Part shown: piece by piece, positions 8,810-21,324 of the stretch
Layout of the letters: each line of letters opens with the position of its first letter
How positions within the stretch are numbered: position 1 is the stretch's first letter
Assembly: GCA_008690995.1 (NCBI GenBank)
Contig: VRMN01000012.1
Coordinates: forward strand, 62,001 to 126,000
Source: Porphyridium purpureum
Lineage: Eukaryota
Reading direction: 5' to 3'
Length of the DNA: 64,000 nt
Notes under the pieces: model-generated
The model's database searches: none
Told to the model about the DNA's origin: nothing
The model's input: only the letters and a program-made list of their open reading frames with translations
Program-made: the position numbers and the translations under genes

Positions 8810-10458
8810 GTGCGGTACCGCTGTCCTATTCGACCATGTGTATGCCACAACTCATTGCGGACTATGCCGTGCGGCCAACGGATCTGGCATGGACCGTGGT
8901 GATCCAGAATCTCTTCGGCGAATCGGATGACAACATGCACATGAAGCACCGCCTGCTGTACGATCCGGACTACGCAAATACACTTCAGAGGAAGCCGTTA
9001 GATCCGGGTGAGAGAGCCGTTCGGCTTGTCCGTGCGTGGCAGCATGTGGAGCTGAACATGCGGCCTCTTCAAGAACAGCAATACGAAGTACTCCAGTTGC
9101 CGTTCGGCTACATTGTAAGTCTCTTGGAGCCGCAGGGCCACGACTTGATGATCGGCGTACAGCCCCCACCAGACGGGTGGCCGTCGTTCAAAACGTTTCT
9201 GCCGCACGGCTACTTGGATGTTCCAGGCTTCTTCAAGGGACCAGACGACGTGGCCAATGTGCGCCGCTTCAGCGATACCGCATATCATCCGCACGCCCTG
9301 TTTCGCATGCGCCAGCGATTTGAAGACGAAGGAAAAAAAGCGGCGGCAGCGCGTCTCCTGCGTTCGCAGCTCGCGCACGCGACTTCAGAGGCGGACGAAG
9401 ATGAGCGCAGACGTGGTGACCGGCGCTCGCGTGAGGATGCGGGTCGGCTCGATCGGGATTTCGGACAGCCGTGGGGCACAGTGCCATGGTCGCGGTCCGC
9501 ACCCACTGCAGAGCACGTTGACATGGCGCGTCGCACGACAAATGGCGAGGGGAGTCCAAGGATACCCCGATACCCGGGAGCGACCGCGATAGCTCAGCGC
9601 GACCGCATGGAGATCAAAAGAAGCCGTACGGCTCCCTACGAAGTGCCTCCAACAGCGTACCTGGTTGGATATGATGCTGTACCAGCGTCAGTAGCGGATC
9701 CAAACTACAGATACGAAGGGAGGCGCCGCACGGCAGCTCATACGGAACCCATTCACGCGCACGCACAGCAAGAGCCTATTCGGCGTGCTTTCGCAGAGGA
9801 ATATGGATGGCGTCACGGTGATGAGAGTGGATTTGAGGCACCTCGCTGGGATTCCGGGGCATCTGCGTATGCAGCTGGCGCAAATGATTGGTACGTTGGC
9901 CAGCCACGTCCTGGGTACGACGTGCCTGCTGTGCAGCCTCCTGGGGTACCCTTTGCATATGCACAAGGTTCGAGGCCTTGCGGCGCACCCGTCATGCAAC
10001 CGTACGAGGTATTACCTGCGCAACATGCACAGGTTTATGGGGCACCCCCTGTATACGCACAAACCCCGACGTATTTTCCATCTCATGCGCATACTGCAGG
10101 TCAGGGATGCCGTGGTCAAGTTTTCGATCATTGGCAGCAGCCCGTTCGTGAGCTGTCTGCACAGACGTACGTCGAAGGAGACGAGCGAAGGGGCTCTGCA
10201 CACTTGCGGCAGTACGTTGGACCTGCATCGTCGCTGATACCCGTACGGGGTCCGCCTGGCTATGGACGTATACCTCTACGTCCGTCCGCGCATGTGCTTG
10301 CACCACCTGGGCATACGCCTGTGCAATACGCGCAGTCTGGGCTGGTGCGCGGCGGAGATTATGACGAACAATGGCCCGAGCAGAGAGATGAACAGACGTA
10401 CGTCTATCCTCCGAACGAATCCAACGAGTACGATCCCGAGAACTGGCGTATGATCTAG
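8689..10458 (+). CDS. Hypothetical protein with a Pro/Tyr/Gln/Ala-rich C-terminal half; may be the frameshifted continuation of the interrupted ORF
   Basis: 589-codon ORF, no recognised domain. Confidence 0.35.
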   Translation: MVCMVRAQRRVRVQHRIDKVQPGTWKPPVSDGPLGTPLQLSAVPLSYSTMCMPQLIADYAVRPTDLAWTVVIQNLFGESDDNMHMKHRLLYDPDYANTLQRKPLDPGERAVRLVRAWQHVELNMRPLQEQQYEVLQLPFGYIVSLLEPQGHDLMIGVQPPPDGWPSFKTFLPHGYLDVPGFFKGPDDVANVRRFSDTAYHPHALFRMRQRFEDEGKKAAAARLLRSQLAHATSEADEDERRRGDRRSREDAGRLDRDFGQPWGTVPWSRSAPTAEHVDMARRTTNGEGSPRIPRYPGATAIAQRDRMEIKRSRTAPYEVPPTAYLVGYDAVPASVADPNYRYEGRRRTAAHTEPIHAHAQQEPIRRAFAEEYGWRHGDESGFEAPRWDSGASAYAAGANDWYVGQPRPGYDVPAVQPPGVPFAYAQGSRPCGAPVMQPYEVLPAQHAQVYGAPPVYAQTPTYFPSHAHTAGQGCRGQVFDHWQQPVRELSAQTYVEGDERRGSAHLRQYVGPASSLIPVRGPPGYGRIPLRPSAHVLAPPGHTPVQYAQSGLVRGGDYDEQWPEQRDEQTYVYPPNESNEYDPENWRMI

Positions 10459-11354
10459 AGTCTGGTACGATGAAACATTTGAATGTTGACAGCACCTGCC
10501 AAAGAGAATTTTAGAAAGATGCACATCAATGTCAACGGCGTTTTATGACCACAACTCTATGCCGTCGAACACATCAGGTCGCAGAATAAACCACCATTTT
10601 GCAGGCACCTGTCCATTCTCACTTTCACGCACGATTCCGCAACGCGTAGCGTTTTGTGATGAAGAGGATGATGCTACGCTGGAGTCAAGTGCGGTACCGC
10701 TGTTATATGTGTCCAAGAACGAAGTGACCTTGCAGCGCAGTTGAGAAGCCATCACAATTTTGACACCAGCTTCTTCACGTACGTGATCAAAAATGCTTCT
10801 GAAGTGCGCACAAACCGTGGACCCACTGTTGATTGGAGGAACTCGCTCAACTTTCAAGTGTCGTACGACGACAATGGCTTGCACACATGGCGCCACTAGC
10901 TCAGTACCCGGAGACAATTCATCGTTGGACCGCCCTGGATGTACATCAATTGCGGTCGTCCCGATCATCAGTAAGCGCACGTAGCGAAGACGTTGACGTA
11001 CGTCGTCCCAATACTGAACGAAGTCGTATCGTTCCTTGCCGTAATAGTTCCAGAACGCAATAAAGCGCTCATGTAACGATCCACCCCTTTTGTCCACCTG
11101 CGGCTTTTTTTAATCGCCTCTTTAATCTTTTTGTTACAGTCTAAAGTCTATTCTAATGGGCACTGTACCACTCGGTACAGTGCATCGGCCCTCAAAATAA
11201 CTGGGCGGTCCGGTTAGCTTTAGGGTCTAGTTGTAGGGAATTTAAGCTCTGCCGCTTCACGGCGGGGATTGGACAAGGAGAGAGAGAGAAGAAGAGGGGA
11301 GAGAGTAAAAGACGTTAGTTTTGAACGCTTGGGGTCTGGGACACGAGCGGACGA

Positions 11355-11627
11355 TTGGGGTATCCCTTCCAAATCGTGGCAGCCATTTCTTGGGTATGCA
11401 AAGGCCACGCCGTCAAAGAAAAACATTTGAGGAAGAGTCAGGACATCGCAGTCATGTCACTGCGCGAAGTTTTCATAGAAAAGAAGCTGGGCAATTGCGA
11501 GCTCCTGTTTGTGCAAAGAGTGCGCAATCCGGCCGGCATGTTTACGAAACCTCTTGGACCACAGCGTTTTGTGGAATTGGAGCAGTTGCTGAAGCTTCAG
11601 GAGGCATCAAAAGGGAGGTCCGACTGA
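11355..11627 (+). pseudogene. Ty1/copia RNase H C-terminal remnant
   Basis: KSQDIAVMSLRE...NPAGMFTKPLGPQRF resembles the copia KHIDI...N.AD.FTKPL motif. Confidence 0.7.
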
Positions 11628-12792
11628 ACTGCCGCTCGGGAGGAGCATGAGAAAGGATGTGTACTCGCGCAAGTACACTCGGCCCTCAAGATCAGAAGGG
11701 TCAATTGTTGACACAAACGCGCAGTACAATGCATCGACCAGAAGTTTACTTGTGTGTGTGAGGTGCGACGCTGCCTGAAAAGCATGTTTAGGAAGAGTAA
11801 GGATCTATTTAATAGCGGCTGTCATCTGCAGCATTTATCGCGGCCTAGTTTGGTCGCGTAACGAGTTTACATGGTTTGGTTGCTCACAGGCTGGTCAATA
11901 AAGACTCCGGTCATAAGCAAAGAACTCCAGTTGAATTGCACAGAGCAGCAGTCACGGACGCCAGGCGCTCGGTGAGGTCTCACTGACATCAATACCAGAC
12001 TGTAGGGTAGTGGCGCAAACTCGTGCCAGCGTCGTGTGCCGTGCTTCCAATGCTTCGTATGGACTGCAAAATCTGTCCGGGAACAAAGTGCAATTTTTGG
12101 AAATAGCGTGGACATGCGCACCTCGTCGAGGCGCGTGTCCAGCTCGGCCGCTTCATGTTTTTCACCGGCCGCGTAATCCACACAGCCGCCGCGTCGGTTA
12201 CAAAAGGACGTAGCTACAGGTGAAGGGCAAAGTTTGGCAGTCTTCGTGAGAGAAAAGAAAAATAAAGATATGCTGCTTTCTTTCCCAGAAGCTGCCCGCG
12301 AGTGCAAAGCGCTGATCTCTGCAGCTTTGAAGAGCCGGCATGTACTGTGCATTTCATATGATACTCGTAGTGGTTAGCTAGTAAGCAGAATCAACTGTTT
12401 ATTGAATCGCAACTATTTCTCACTAAACATTTTAGAGGGGAACAAACTAAATAGACAAGAGGATCTGCACAGCCACTTACATAGGCGTGTGAAGGATGCT
12501 CATCAGCATGGATGAGCTATGGGGTGCATCCGTCTACGTGCTGCTGCTGCTCATCAGTAAGGGCATACCTCATTGCGTCATGCCAACGTACTGGAACGCG
12601 GCCGTCGCGCGAAAGCGTGTCGCGGGACACAAAAGATGGTAACGATTCAGCGATTTCATCGCAAAACGGCTTAACCGATGCTGAGATTATCGGTTTACTG
12701 GTTCAACGGTCCAAAGCGAGCACATCAGTGCGCTGAACGAAGTCGGTGCAAGGAACCGCTAAATTGATGGTAGGCATGATCCGTATATATAA

Positions 12793-12901
12793 CAAGAGAG
12801 GTCACAAAAGACAGCACGGGCGTTGAAGCGGAAGAGAGAGAGAGAGAGGAGAGACTTATACTGCGAAAGACGGCGGTCGCTTGAGAGGACCGTCCGTGAC
12901 A
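12793..12901 (-). repeat. LTR-like direct repeat (partner at 19158-19261)
   Basis: Near-identical sequence with a variable (AG)n tract; abuts the truncated integrase with no purine tract. Confidence 0.8.
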
Positions 12902-15900
12902 AATGCTCTTCATAGCCGCGCGGATGTCCGGGAAAAGCCCACTTGTCGCGGGGTGAAGCGCAGACTCCCGTACTTGGGGCCCGATCACAGCGAGCCGATT
13001 GACATGGCAGCGCGTGGTCTCGCCTGTGCGCTCGCTCTTGATGATGACATTGTTCCAACGGACATACTCTTGGATGAGGTATGGTCCGCGCCAAGGATAT
13101 CTCAACTTGCGACCCACGCCAATGGTGGCGGGCGGGTCAAAAACCATTACTCGTCGACCTGGTACAAAGCCGAAGTCTGCGACTTTGCTGTTGTACCACC
13201 GAGCCACCTGTTCCCGTCGGTGCGCATTATTCTCGCGTACTAGCTCGTGCAACCGTCGGAGTCGGGCTGCAAGATCACCTTCCGCTGCGACAGCATCCTC
13301 ACTGACAAACAGGATGTCACGGTCAAGTTTCGGTGCTGGACACCCGTACATCGCTTCAAAGGGACTGACACCCGTCGTGTCGTGTATACTGACATTGTAA
13401 GCATATGTCGACGCCGCCAAGTGACGATCCCACTCGCGATCATCCGTCAAGACTTGTGCTCTGATCTGCGAAAGCAACGTCCGATTCATGCGTTCCACAG
13501 TTCCATTTCCAGCAGGATGAAGTGAACTTGTGAAGACTTTCTTGATTCCGAGGATGGCACTAAGAGCTGTGATGACCTCGCCCGTGAACGCTGTGCCATT
13601 GTCCGAGAGCAGACGCTCTGGTGCACCGAATTGAAATATCCATGCATCAAGCAGCGCTTGAGCCACCGTCTCCGCAGTCTCCTCTTTCAAAGCTAAACAA
13701 GCAGTGTAGCGAGTAAAGAGATCCACAATTACAAGTACCTTTTTGTTGCCACGGCTGCTTTCTGGTGACACTGTCGTAAAGTCCACCGCAACAATTTCGA
13801 ATCGTCGGACTGGGGTCCAAGGCGCTATAAAGCCTTTCACCCGCTCCAACCGTGGAAGCTTCTCCATCGTGCAGTGCACTCATTGCTCCAGGAAAGCATG
13901 AATGGTCTCAGCCATCTGCGGCCACCAGAACTTCGTCCGGATCCGGCGCAGCATGCGTTCACGGCCAAAGTGCCCGGCCCATGTTGGCCCGTGAAAGTAC
14001 GAAAGTACTCTTCGAACCATTGCCGATGGTACCCATGCGCGCTCCTCGTCCTTGTCTACGCAAACGATCAAGCCTTTCTCGTTTCGAGCGAAGGTATCGT
14101 CCTGCTCCCAATCTGCTAGCTCGTAGTCGAGGGCAGCTTTCTGTGCCTCCAGCAGCTCCATCAAGCTTGGCAGTCCAGATTGGACTTCAATGACTTCGCC
14201 AATGTACGTGACCACATCGTCAACATGCTCTGCGTCGGGAAGATCCCTCCACTCGTCGTCTTCGGCCAACACTGTGTCGCGGCTAAGGCAGTTTGGTGCA
14301 GCCATATCCGCGCCAGGTTGATATCGGATCGTGTATTCCAGATCCTGTAGAGCCAACAGCCACCGGGCCAATCTTCCGATCGGACTTTGCTGCCGCCAAA
14401 GCCAAGCAAGTGCTTGATGATCAGTGACGAATTCGACAGGTTCACCATGCAAATGGTGTCGGAGTTTGCGGCCTGCATACAAGATTGCCAGCAACTCCTT
14501 TTCGCTCACGGTGTAATTGAGCTCTGCGCCTTTGAGACGGCGACTTACGAAGGCCACAGGATGTCACACCTCATTGCCTTCGTCTTGCATGAGCACGCCA
14601 GCAATTGCCCCCGCGCTCGCGTCGGTGAACAGCCTCTTGACTCGCCCTTGTACCGGTGCTACGAGCACCTCTGGGCTCGACAGCTGTTCCTTTAGCTGAG
14701 ACCAAGCCTGCTGCTGCTGTGTGCCCCATCGATCGGTAAAGTCCTTGATTATGATGCGCTCCCAGCGGCCACGTTTCTTTCTGTTCCAGCCCGTGCCTTT
14801 GAGCACATCATACAAAGGCTGTACCATTTCGGCAAACCGTGGGATGTGCTGACTGAACCAATTCACCAATCCCAAGAACCGAACCAGCGCGGCTGCGTCT
14901 CGAGGTTCTTGTAGATCACGAATTGATTGCACGTGCTCATCAGACGGTCTGATGGTTCCAGCGCTCACCGCATGACCCAGTACGGTCACTTCTGGCACCC
15001 CGAAGGTGCATTTGCGAGTGTTCAAGCGGGCTCCAACCCGGCGGAATCTTTCCACGACTCGTTTCAGCAGAGCAACATGCTCCTCGACGCCATCTGTGGC
15101 CAGTGTGATGTCGTCCATGTATGCCACTGCATCATCACCGAATGGTCTCGTCAAGTTCGCCGCTGCACGCTGCATTGCGAACGGAGAAGTCTTCAGACCT
15201 TGCGGCAATCGAGTGTACATGACAAGGCCAATGCAGGTCTTTACGGCAGTCAGCGGTTGCGACTCTGCTGCCAAGCGGATGTTGAAGAATCCATCCTTCA
15301 AGTCGAGCGACGAGTAGAAGCTCCGCCGCGCCAGCTTTTCCAAAACCTCGTGCAGGTCTTGCAGTGGATATACCTCTCCAGCCACTTGAGCGTTCAAGAG
15401 GCGGAAGTCTGTGGTCATCCGGAGCTGCCCGCTGCGCTTGCGAACGAAAACATGGACGGATTCCCACTCGCTCTTCTCGCATGGTACCAGTGTGCCTGAC
15501 CGGAGGTGCTTCGTAACCTCGGCTTGTCCGACCTGTTTTTGGCCACTGACTTGCGCCGCTCTTTCGCGTTCACCGGCACTGCACCGGGCTTCAAAATGAT
15601 GCAGTATTCTTCACCTTCGATGGCGCCAGCGCCGCAAAACACCTCGGCATTCGCACGTAGGCATTCGCGTACTTCTTCTGCATGCTCTCTGAAGCCTTGC
15701 AGGTCCACGTTGCTGATAATTGTGAGCACTGCTTGCTGCTCATCATTCACAGTGCACTGGGCCAACGTGTCCAACACGTGGGGCATGACACCATCAGGGC
15801 CCAAGTCCCTCCATGACGCTTCGCTATGGCCGAAAGGGATCACTGTTTTGCCTCCGGCTACTTGATCAAACGACACTGCTGATGATACGAAGTCGATCCG

Positions 15901-16470
15901 TGCTCCGTGAGCTCGCAAGAAGTCTCGTCCGAGGAGAACACCCGATCTCAGTCGCGGCAGAACTTGAACTGGCACCTCCTGCAGCTGCCAACCCGGCAGT
16001 CGAACCATCAGCTTGCCTGTCTCGCCGGCTCCGAGAGCACGGCCATCCGCTGCGAACGCGAGAATCTGGGTCTTCACAAGCGTTTCTTCGCCTTCAAGCT
16101 GATCGAACAAGACATGGTCTACAAACGTGTGACCCGCTCCGGTGTCAATTTTTGCTAAGACTCGGACCTCCCCGCTTGATGTAGAAATCATCACAGGCAC
16201 TGTGATGGATTCATCATGTATTTTCATTGCGGCTTCGGTGGATTGGATGACATCGACATTCATAGTAAGCTCGTCTTCGAGGCCCCACTGCCAAACTGAA
16301 TCATCGTCGGGGTCCAACGGCTCCAGGCTATGCGCCCCAATGCAGTCCAGCACGTCTGCTCCCCAGTCGTCGTCGTCGTCCTCGCTTCCAAAGTCAATCT
16401 CGTCTATTGCGCTACCCTTTGTACGGGTCTCTAGGCCTGCGCTTGGCCCAGGACCCTGGGCTAGTTTTTT
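12902..16470 (-). pseudogene. pol: Disrupted pol (protease, RT, RNase H, integrase)
   Basis: KIDTGAG, LDLKDGFF, YMDD, FTDAS, EKELLA, SDNG, HPAGNG spread over ORFs 15415-16353, 14564-15418, 13880-14557 and 12725-13879. Confidence 0.92.
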
Positions 16471-17642
16471 TGACCAGGTCCATCGGGTACTCGCACAACT
16501 GGCGCGTAATCTACTGCTTCGTTTGGACAGTCTCGGTGCAGATGGCCCATTTGCTTACACTTCCAGCACTGCATCATATGTATCGGAGGCTTCGGTCACC
16601 TGCTGCCACTGCCTCGCATTTGGCCACTTTGGCGCGACTGATGGACTTGAGAATACATCAGCGGCTGAGCTGGTGCATGTGGTGCTACGACACCCTTGGG
16701 TAACCATGTGCTGGTCGAAACTCCGTCCGCTCTAGGCCCGGACGGCCTCGTCTCCTGTTGGTATCCGACGTCATCGTTAACTTCATCCAACGTGGTACGA
16801 ACCCCACGCTGCTTCGCGATTTTCAGCGCGTTCTTTCGCACCACCGAGACGGCTTCGGCAAAGGACGCACCAACCATCAGGCTCCACTCTTGAAGTGCAG
16901 CAGGCAGACCGCTGAGGAAACGCATCTTGATGTCTTTGTCCGTGAAGAGGACAGTCTGGCAAGTAGCCAGGTCGGCTACGCGATTGCCGAATGCTCTCAC
17001 GCCCTCACGCTCGCCCATACGCAGCGACTCCCACTGCATCTTCAAGTCCGTCGCATGGACATGGTTGTAAAACCGTTGCTGCATCCGGTCGGGGATTCGC
17101 AGTGGCAGCTCGGTTGGGAAACGTTGCACCAGTTGCCACAGGAATCGTTTCGCAGTTCCCTCAAAGGCATACTGCATCCAGTCCAAAATCAATATCTCGC
17201 GGTTCGGGCCGAATGGTGGCGTCGTCGCGATCAGCTTTTCCAGCTTTGACCTTACGAGCAAGAAGTCTGCTGAGCCTTCTTCGGAAATGCGCAAGTCTTC
17301 AAATTCCTCGCGCCAGGTCTTTTGGCGCTCCAGGTTATTGCGCACGTGCATTGTGTTCGCCATCTCGTAGTGCGGTGGCTCTGGCGGGGCAGCACCCATC
17401 CCGAGAACCCGTTCGTCCATCTCAGCCGACGAGCCTGGTCGTGCCCCACCTCCAAGATGTGGAGCAGCTATTCCAACCCCACCTGCTTCTATTTGCGCTG
17501 CCAGCGTTTGCACCGACTCCATGATGCGATTCATCTGGGCCGCCACGGACTGCGTATTGAACCCTGCTTCAGCAGTTGGTCCACTTCCAGCCGGCGCACC
17601 TGACGCTGCCGCTGGGTTCTGTTCTGATTCATGACTGGACAT
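16461..17642 (-). pseudogene. gag: gag with an in-frame premature stop before the zinc knuckle
   Basis: Gag-like ORF stops at 16596; the same frame continues PKPPIHMMQCWKCKQMGHLHRDCP. Confidence 0.85.
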
Positions 17643-19157
17643 TCAGGCTCTCTGCCGTCCGCAGTGCTCTTCAGTAGTCTATACCTTAGACCGCAACACT
17701 GAATGCAAGCTTTTTGGCTGGTCTTTTGGACCACCTTGCTTCGCCCGTGCTCTTCAGCAGCCGATTTTCGGACTGCAACACTTGACAATCGCTTGGCTGC
17801 CGACCTTGTCGTCTGCAGCAAGCCTCGTACCACCTAGAAACGCAGCTTCTTTGCTGCACCCAGCAGCAAAGGATACTTCGAAGTAATGTTGCCGCTACCA
17901 GTTTGACTGCTTTAACCGATACGCTTATCGTGAATACGTGCCTTCTGTGGCCTCGATATGCATGAGCTAAACCGTACGACCCGAGACGCACTCACTCAAC
18001 TACACACGAGACACAGAAAGACACCGAGGATTCTCACAAAGAACCACTTTTACTGTTCTCTCCCACGATGAAACAATCGTACCTTTTTTAAAAAATCCAG
18101 AACGATTTGGCTATTGCACGAAGGTTGCCACCCTTTTATACCCTGCAGTTGTTGCTGTCGCTTGTCATTGTTAGCGCCCAGTGTCACGGAACGGTGCGGC
18201 ATCGCCAGGCTTTTTACATTCGCCCATCGGCAGCAGCCTCTGCCATTTGCGTTGCAGACGAGTCCTCACTCTTTTTTCGCTTCTTCAATACAGTGCGCTG
18301 TACTTCCCTTTCGTTCAGTCGCTTATGTACCGCTGTACCTACCGCCCCTAACATATAACAAGACTTGAAATTTCTCCCTCTCTGCTTTGTAACCGAATCA
18401 ACAAAACCGGACCGCTTCACCGATAACAGGAACTGGAAACCGCCACACCCCGGAAACTGACAAACCGACGAACCGACACACCGAAACGAACGGAAGGACA
18501 ATCAGGACAATCAGAGAAAAGTGGCTAGAAAGGAAGAGAGGACAGAAAATTCAACTTATAGGGGACTACGAGAGGGAGTGGACCGGTCTTGACAAGTGAA
18601 GGGTGATGGAAGGTACGTTTAAACCCCAGCTGCCTTTTTGAAAACACTCCAGACCGATATCCGCTCGCACATCACGCTAGCGTGCCTCTCCCGCAAATCC
18701 AACCCAAGTCTTCCAACGACTGCCTCAATCTAACTAACCAATTCTCTTTTTATTCTATTTGCCCTTACCTCTTCTTCTACCTTGACCTGGAAATTCCTGG
18801 GAACCGGCTTGCCCCTCCGTCCTTTTATACCCTTCGTCCTTGCTCTTTCCAGCAACGACGGGAGAACAAATTTCTCCAACAGGACGAATTTCCACCACAG
18901 GTTTTGATTCGTTCCACAACTCGCAACCACAGCCGGCCACGTATCCGAAAAATGGCCGGGAAGGCGCGTCAAGAACGAATCCAGAAGCTTCGGCCGACCT
19001 TTGATCTTTGCACAAGGCCACACAAAATGACAATGACAAACATTTCGCAGGTCCGAGATCATTAAGCTTCTCGAACAATCTTCCAGCATAGAACTTTCTA
19101 GGGTTTTGTACTCAAAACCCTACGGCGTCTCTCGGGGCGGAACCCTAAAATTCCACG

Positions 19158-19261
19158 CAAGAGAGGCCACAAAAGACAGCACGGGTGTTGAAGCGGAAGA
19201 GAGAGAGGCAGAGACTTATACTGCGAAAGACGGCGGTCGCTTGAGAGGACCGTCCGTGACA
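19158..19261 (-). repeat. LTR-like direct repeat (partner at 12793-12901)
   Basis: Begins TGTCACGGACGG on the minus strand. Confidence 0.8.
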
Positions 19262-19732
19262 AGCGTACGCCATGCACTTTGCTGGTCTTACCAACAATCA
19301 GCTTGCCTCTTCTTTGCGCTTCATCTTATGCTAAAGGTCGGTGCGTCGATAATCTTCTCATGAGAGGTAGAGGCAGCGCCGTGGTGCGGATTGTAGTAGA
19401 AGGCCATTCTCTTTTACTAAACCGAAAGACCTTACCTCTAAGCCCTGTCTCTAAGTGGTGCCGAGTCGCCAGGCGAGAGGAGGCTGGCGCTTAAATAGAG
19501 CCGCTGGACTGCACTTCGCTTCTGCCGTGCGGGCACGGCCCTGCGGAGGGGTCGCCCGAGTGGAGGTGAGGGGTCGCGCCCCCTCCCGCGTCTTCGCCGT
19601 CGGGCGAACTAGCTGCCCCAACGGAGCGTCTCCATCCAGCCCGACCGGTTGCGGCGCCCTGGTGACAAGGACCGAACCGCTGCCGGTCTCGCCGTTGGGG
19701 CGTACAGCGATGTCATCACATCTTCACTTGTA

Positions 19733-21126
19733 CAGTAAGTGACAATCAATTAAAAACACCCGTACTTTTTAATTTTTCTTACAAGAAAGGTAAAATTTGT
19801 CCGCAATCGGTGAAGGTCGACAGTTTGGCGCGAAAAAGAGGTGACAAACGATTAAAAACAGCGAAGGTTCAGAGCATTTACCGGCGTATTGAAAGGAAAA
19901 ATCAGGTTTTAGAAGCGGCATTTCTTTCCTTGTGCCAAGGCCACTTCAATGATCCTCTTTGGCATGCTGTCATACAGGTCTCTGACGTAGCAATCGTCCA
20001 TTTTCTCCCACGCATCCTCGACTGCCTTTCGTAGCTCTTTAACATTAGAATACTGCTTGCATCCACCGTAAACCTGACGCGTCAATTGGCCCCATACATT
20101 CTCAATCGGGTTCAGGTCTGGCGAAAGCGCGGGCCAATCCAGAACCTCCACGTTATTGCATTGCAACCAGTCCATCGTGATCTTGGCCCGGTGGGAAGCA
20201 GCCCCATCCTGCATAAATTTGAAGTATCCAAGCGTTTCTTTAGCCTTCACAATGACTCGAGACTTGTCCAACATTTCCACGTATTTTGCGGCAGTCTGGC
20301 CCCCCGAATAGTAGTCTTTTGTGAACAAAAGAGCAAGCTTTCCTTCTCCGTTTATGGCTCCCCAGACCATCAAGCTCTGTCCACCATAAACACGACTCAA
20401 ACATACAGCTGGTTCATCCTCCAGACCCGCCCAGTAGAATTTCAAGCCATCAGGACCGTCCAAATTCCACTTCTTCTCGTCTGTAAATACAACATCTCGC
20501 CATTCCTCGCGTTTCCAGTGGTGATCAAGCACAAATTTTATACGTGCCTGCCGATGGCGATCCTGCAAATGCGGCGTTTTCTTGCACTTCTTCCATATGT
20601 GCTCATTTCTAATGACACGTCGGACCGTTTGCACTGAGACTGACTTGGCACGTGCTGACAAGATGCCTGCTTGCACCTGGCCTGCAGTAGAAAATGGCTT
20701 CGTTTTCAGGACATTCTCAATCTTTCGGCGTAGGTAAGGTGTCATTTTTCCGGCATTCTGATTGGGTCCCCGTTTGCCGTACTGTTCCGGGCATTTCAAA
20801 TAGTTCCTCACTACCGTTACTGAGCGAGATCCTCCCAGTCGGTCCGCGATCACCCGCAATGAGTGACCCTCAGCAACCAAAGCAGTGATTACGCCCTGCT
20901 CTCGTTCAGTGAGGCTTGACGCCTTGCCCATGATTTTCCCCCGCCGCGAGCTCAATTCCACGCACTGTAAAGCTTGGAATGTGTGTTTACCTGCAGTGTT
21001 TTTAATCGTTTGGACGCTTGCAACGGTCACCGCAAGGTCGACCTTCTATCGTTTTGCTCTAAAATTATCTTTTTTGTTAGAAAAAGTAAAAAAGTACGGG
21101 TGTTTTTAATTGATTGTCACTTGCTG
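19733..21126 (-). mobile_element. Tc1/Tc3-like DNA transposon; its last 2 nt and right TA are displaced to 26406-26409
   Basis: TA at 19731-19732 then CAGTAAGTGACAATCAATTAAAAACACCCGTAC, matched in inverted orientation at about 21093-21126; imperfect TIR of about 130 bp. Confidence 0.95.
19909..20931 (-). CDS. Tc3-like DD34E transposase (340 aa)
   Basis: N-terminal HTH, FTDEKKWNLDGPDG, QDGAASH, WPALSPDLNPIENVW; 34 residues between the second D and the E. Confidence 0.95.
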   Translation of the reverse strand: MGKASSLTEREQGVITALVAEGHSLRVIADRLGGSRSVTVVRNYLKCPEQYGKRGPNQNAGKMTPYLRRKIENVLKTKPFSTAGQVQAGILSARAKSVSVQTVRRVIRNEHIWKKCKKTPHLQDRHRQARIKFVLDHHWKREEWRDVVFTDEKKWNLDGPDGLKFYWAGLEDEPAVCLSRVYGGQSLMVWGAINGEGKLALLFTKDYYSGGQTAAKYVEMLDKSRVIVKAKETLGYFKFMQDGAASHRAKITMDWLQCNNVEVLDWPALSPDLNPIENVWGQLTRQVYGGCKQYSNVKELRKAVEDAWEKMDDCYVRDLYDSMPKRIIEVALAQGKKCRF

Positions 21127-21324
21127 TCGCTACCGAGGTATGTGGGTACAGTTGCCTGCGAGATAAGATAGCGGCCGGTCTGGCAAACCTGTGGCGACAG
21201 TGGTAGAGAGAGAGAGAGAGAGTGGACAGAGAGTAGTAAAGAGGACTTATAGTTCCCGGCCCATGGTAGCGGGTGAGAGCCCCCCAAAGCTGACTACTCG
21301 TCCACACGGAAGATAGCAACAACA
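21125..21324 (+). repeat. 5' LTR of the GalEa-like copia
   Basis: Direct repeat of 26201-26400; contains (AG)9. Confidence 0.96.

Larger units (their letters stand above)
12793..19261 (-). mobile_element. Decayed Ty3/gypsy LTR retrotransposon (element 2)
   Basis: gag-PR-RT-RH-INT on the minus strand broken by stops and frameshifts; bounded by a ~105-bp direct repeat starting TGTCACGG; no TSD found, so the limits are uncertain. Confidence 0.8.

Noticed and set aside
10543..11097. Minus-strand ORF whose start faintly resembles a MULE transposase segment
   Set aside because: No catalytic motif or TIRs could be identified
11161..11231. Hairpin followed by CTAG as a Helitron 3' end
   Set aside because: The hairpin is about 45 nt from the CTAG, much farther than typical, and no Rep/helicase is seen
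19095..19150. TAGGGTTT/AACCCTA as interstitial telomere repeats
   Set aside because: Only isolated units forming a hairpin, not a tandem array
19358..19720. Possible solo LTR on the minus strand flanked by TCTTC
   Set aside because: Only one end is canonical, there is no second copy in the window, and a 5-mer match over this span can easily be chance
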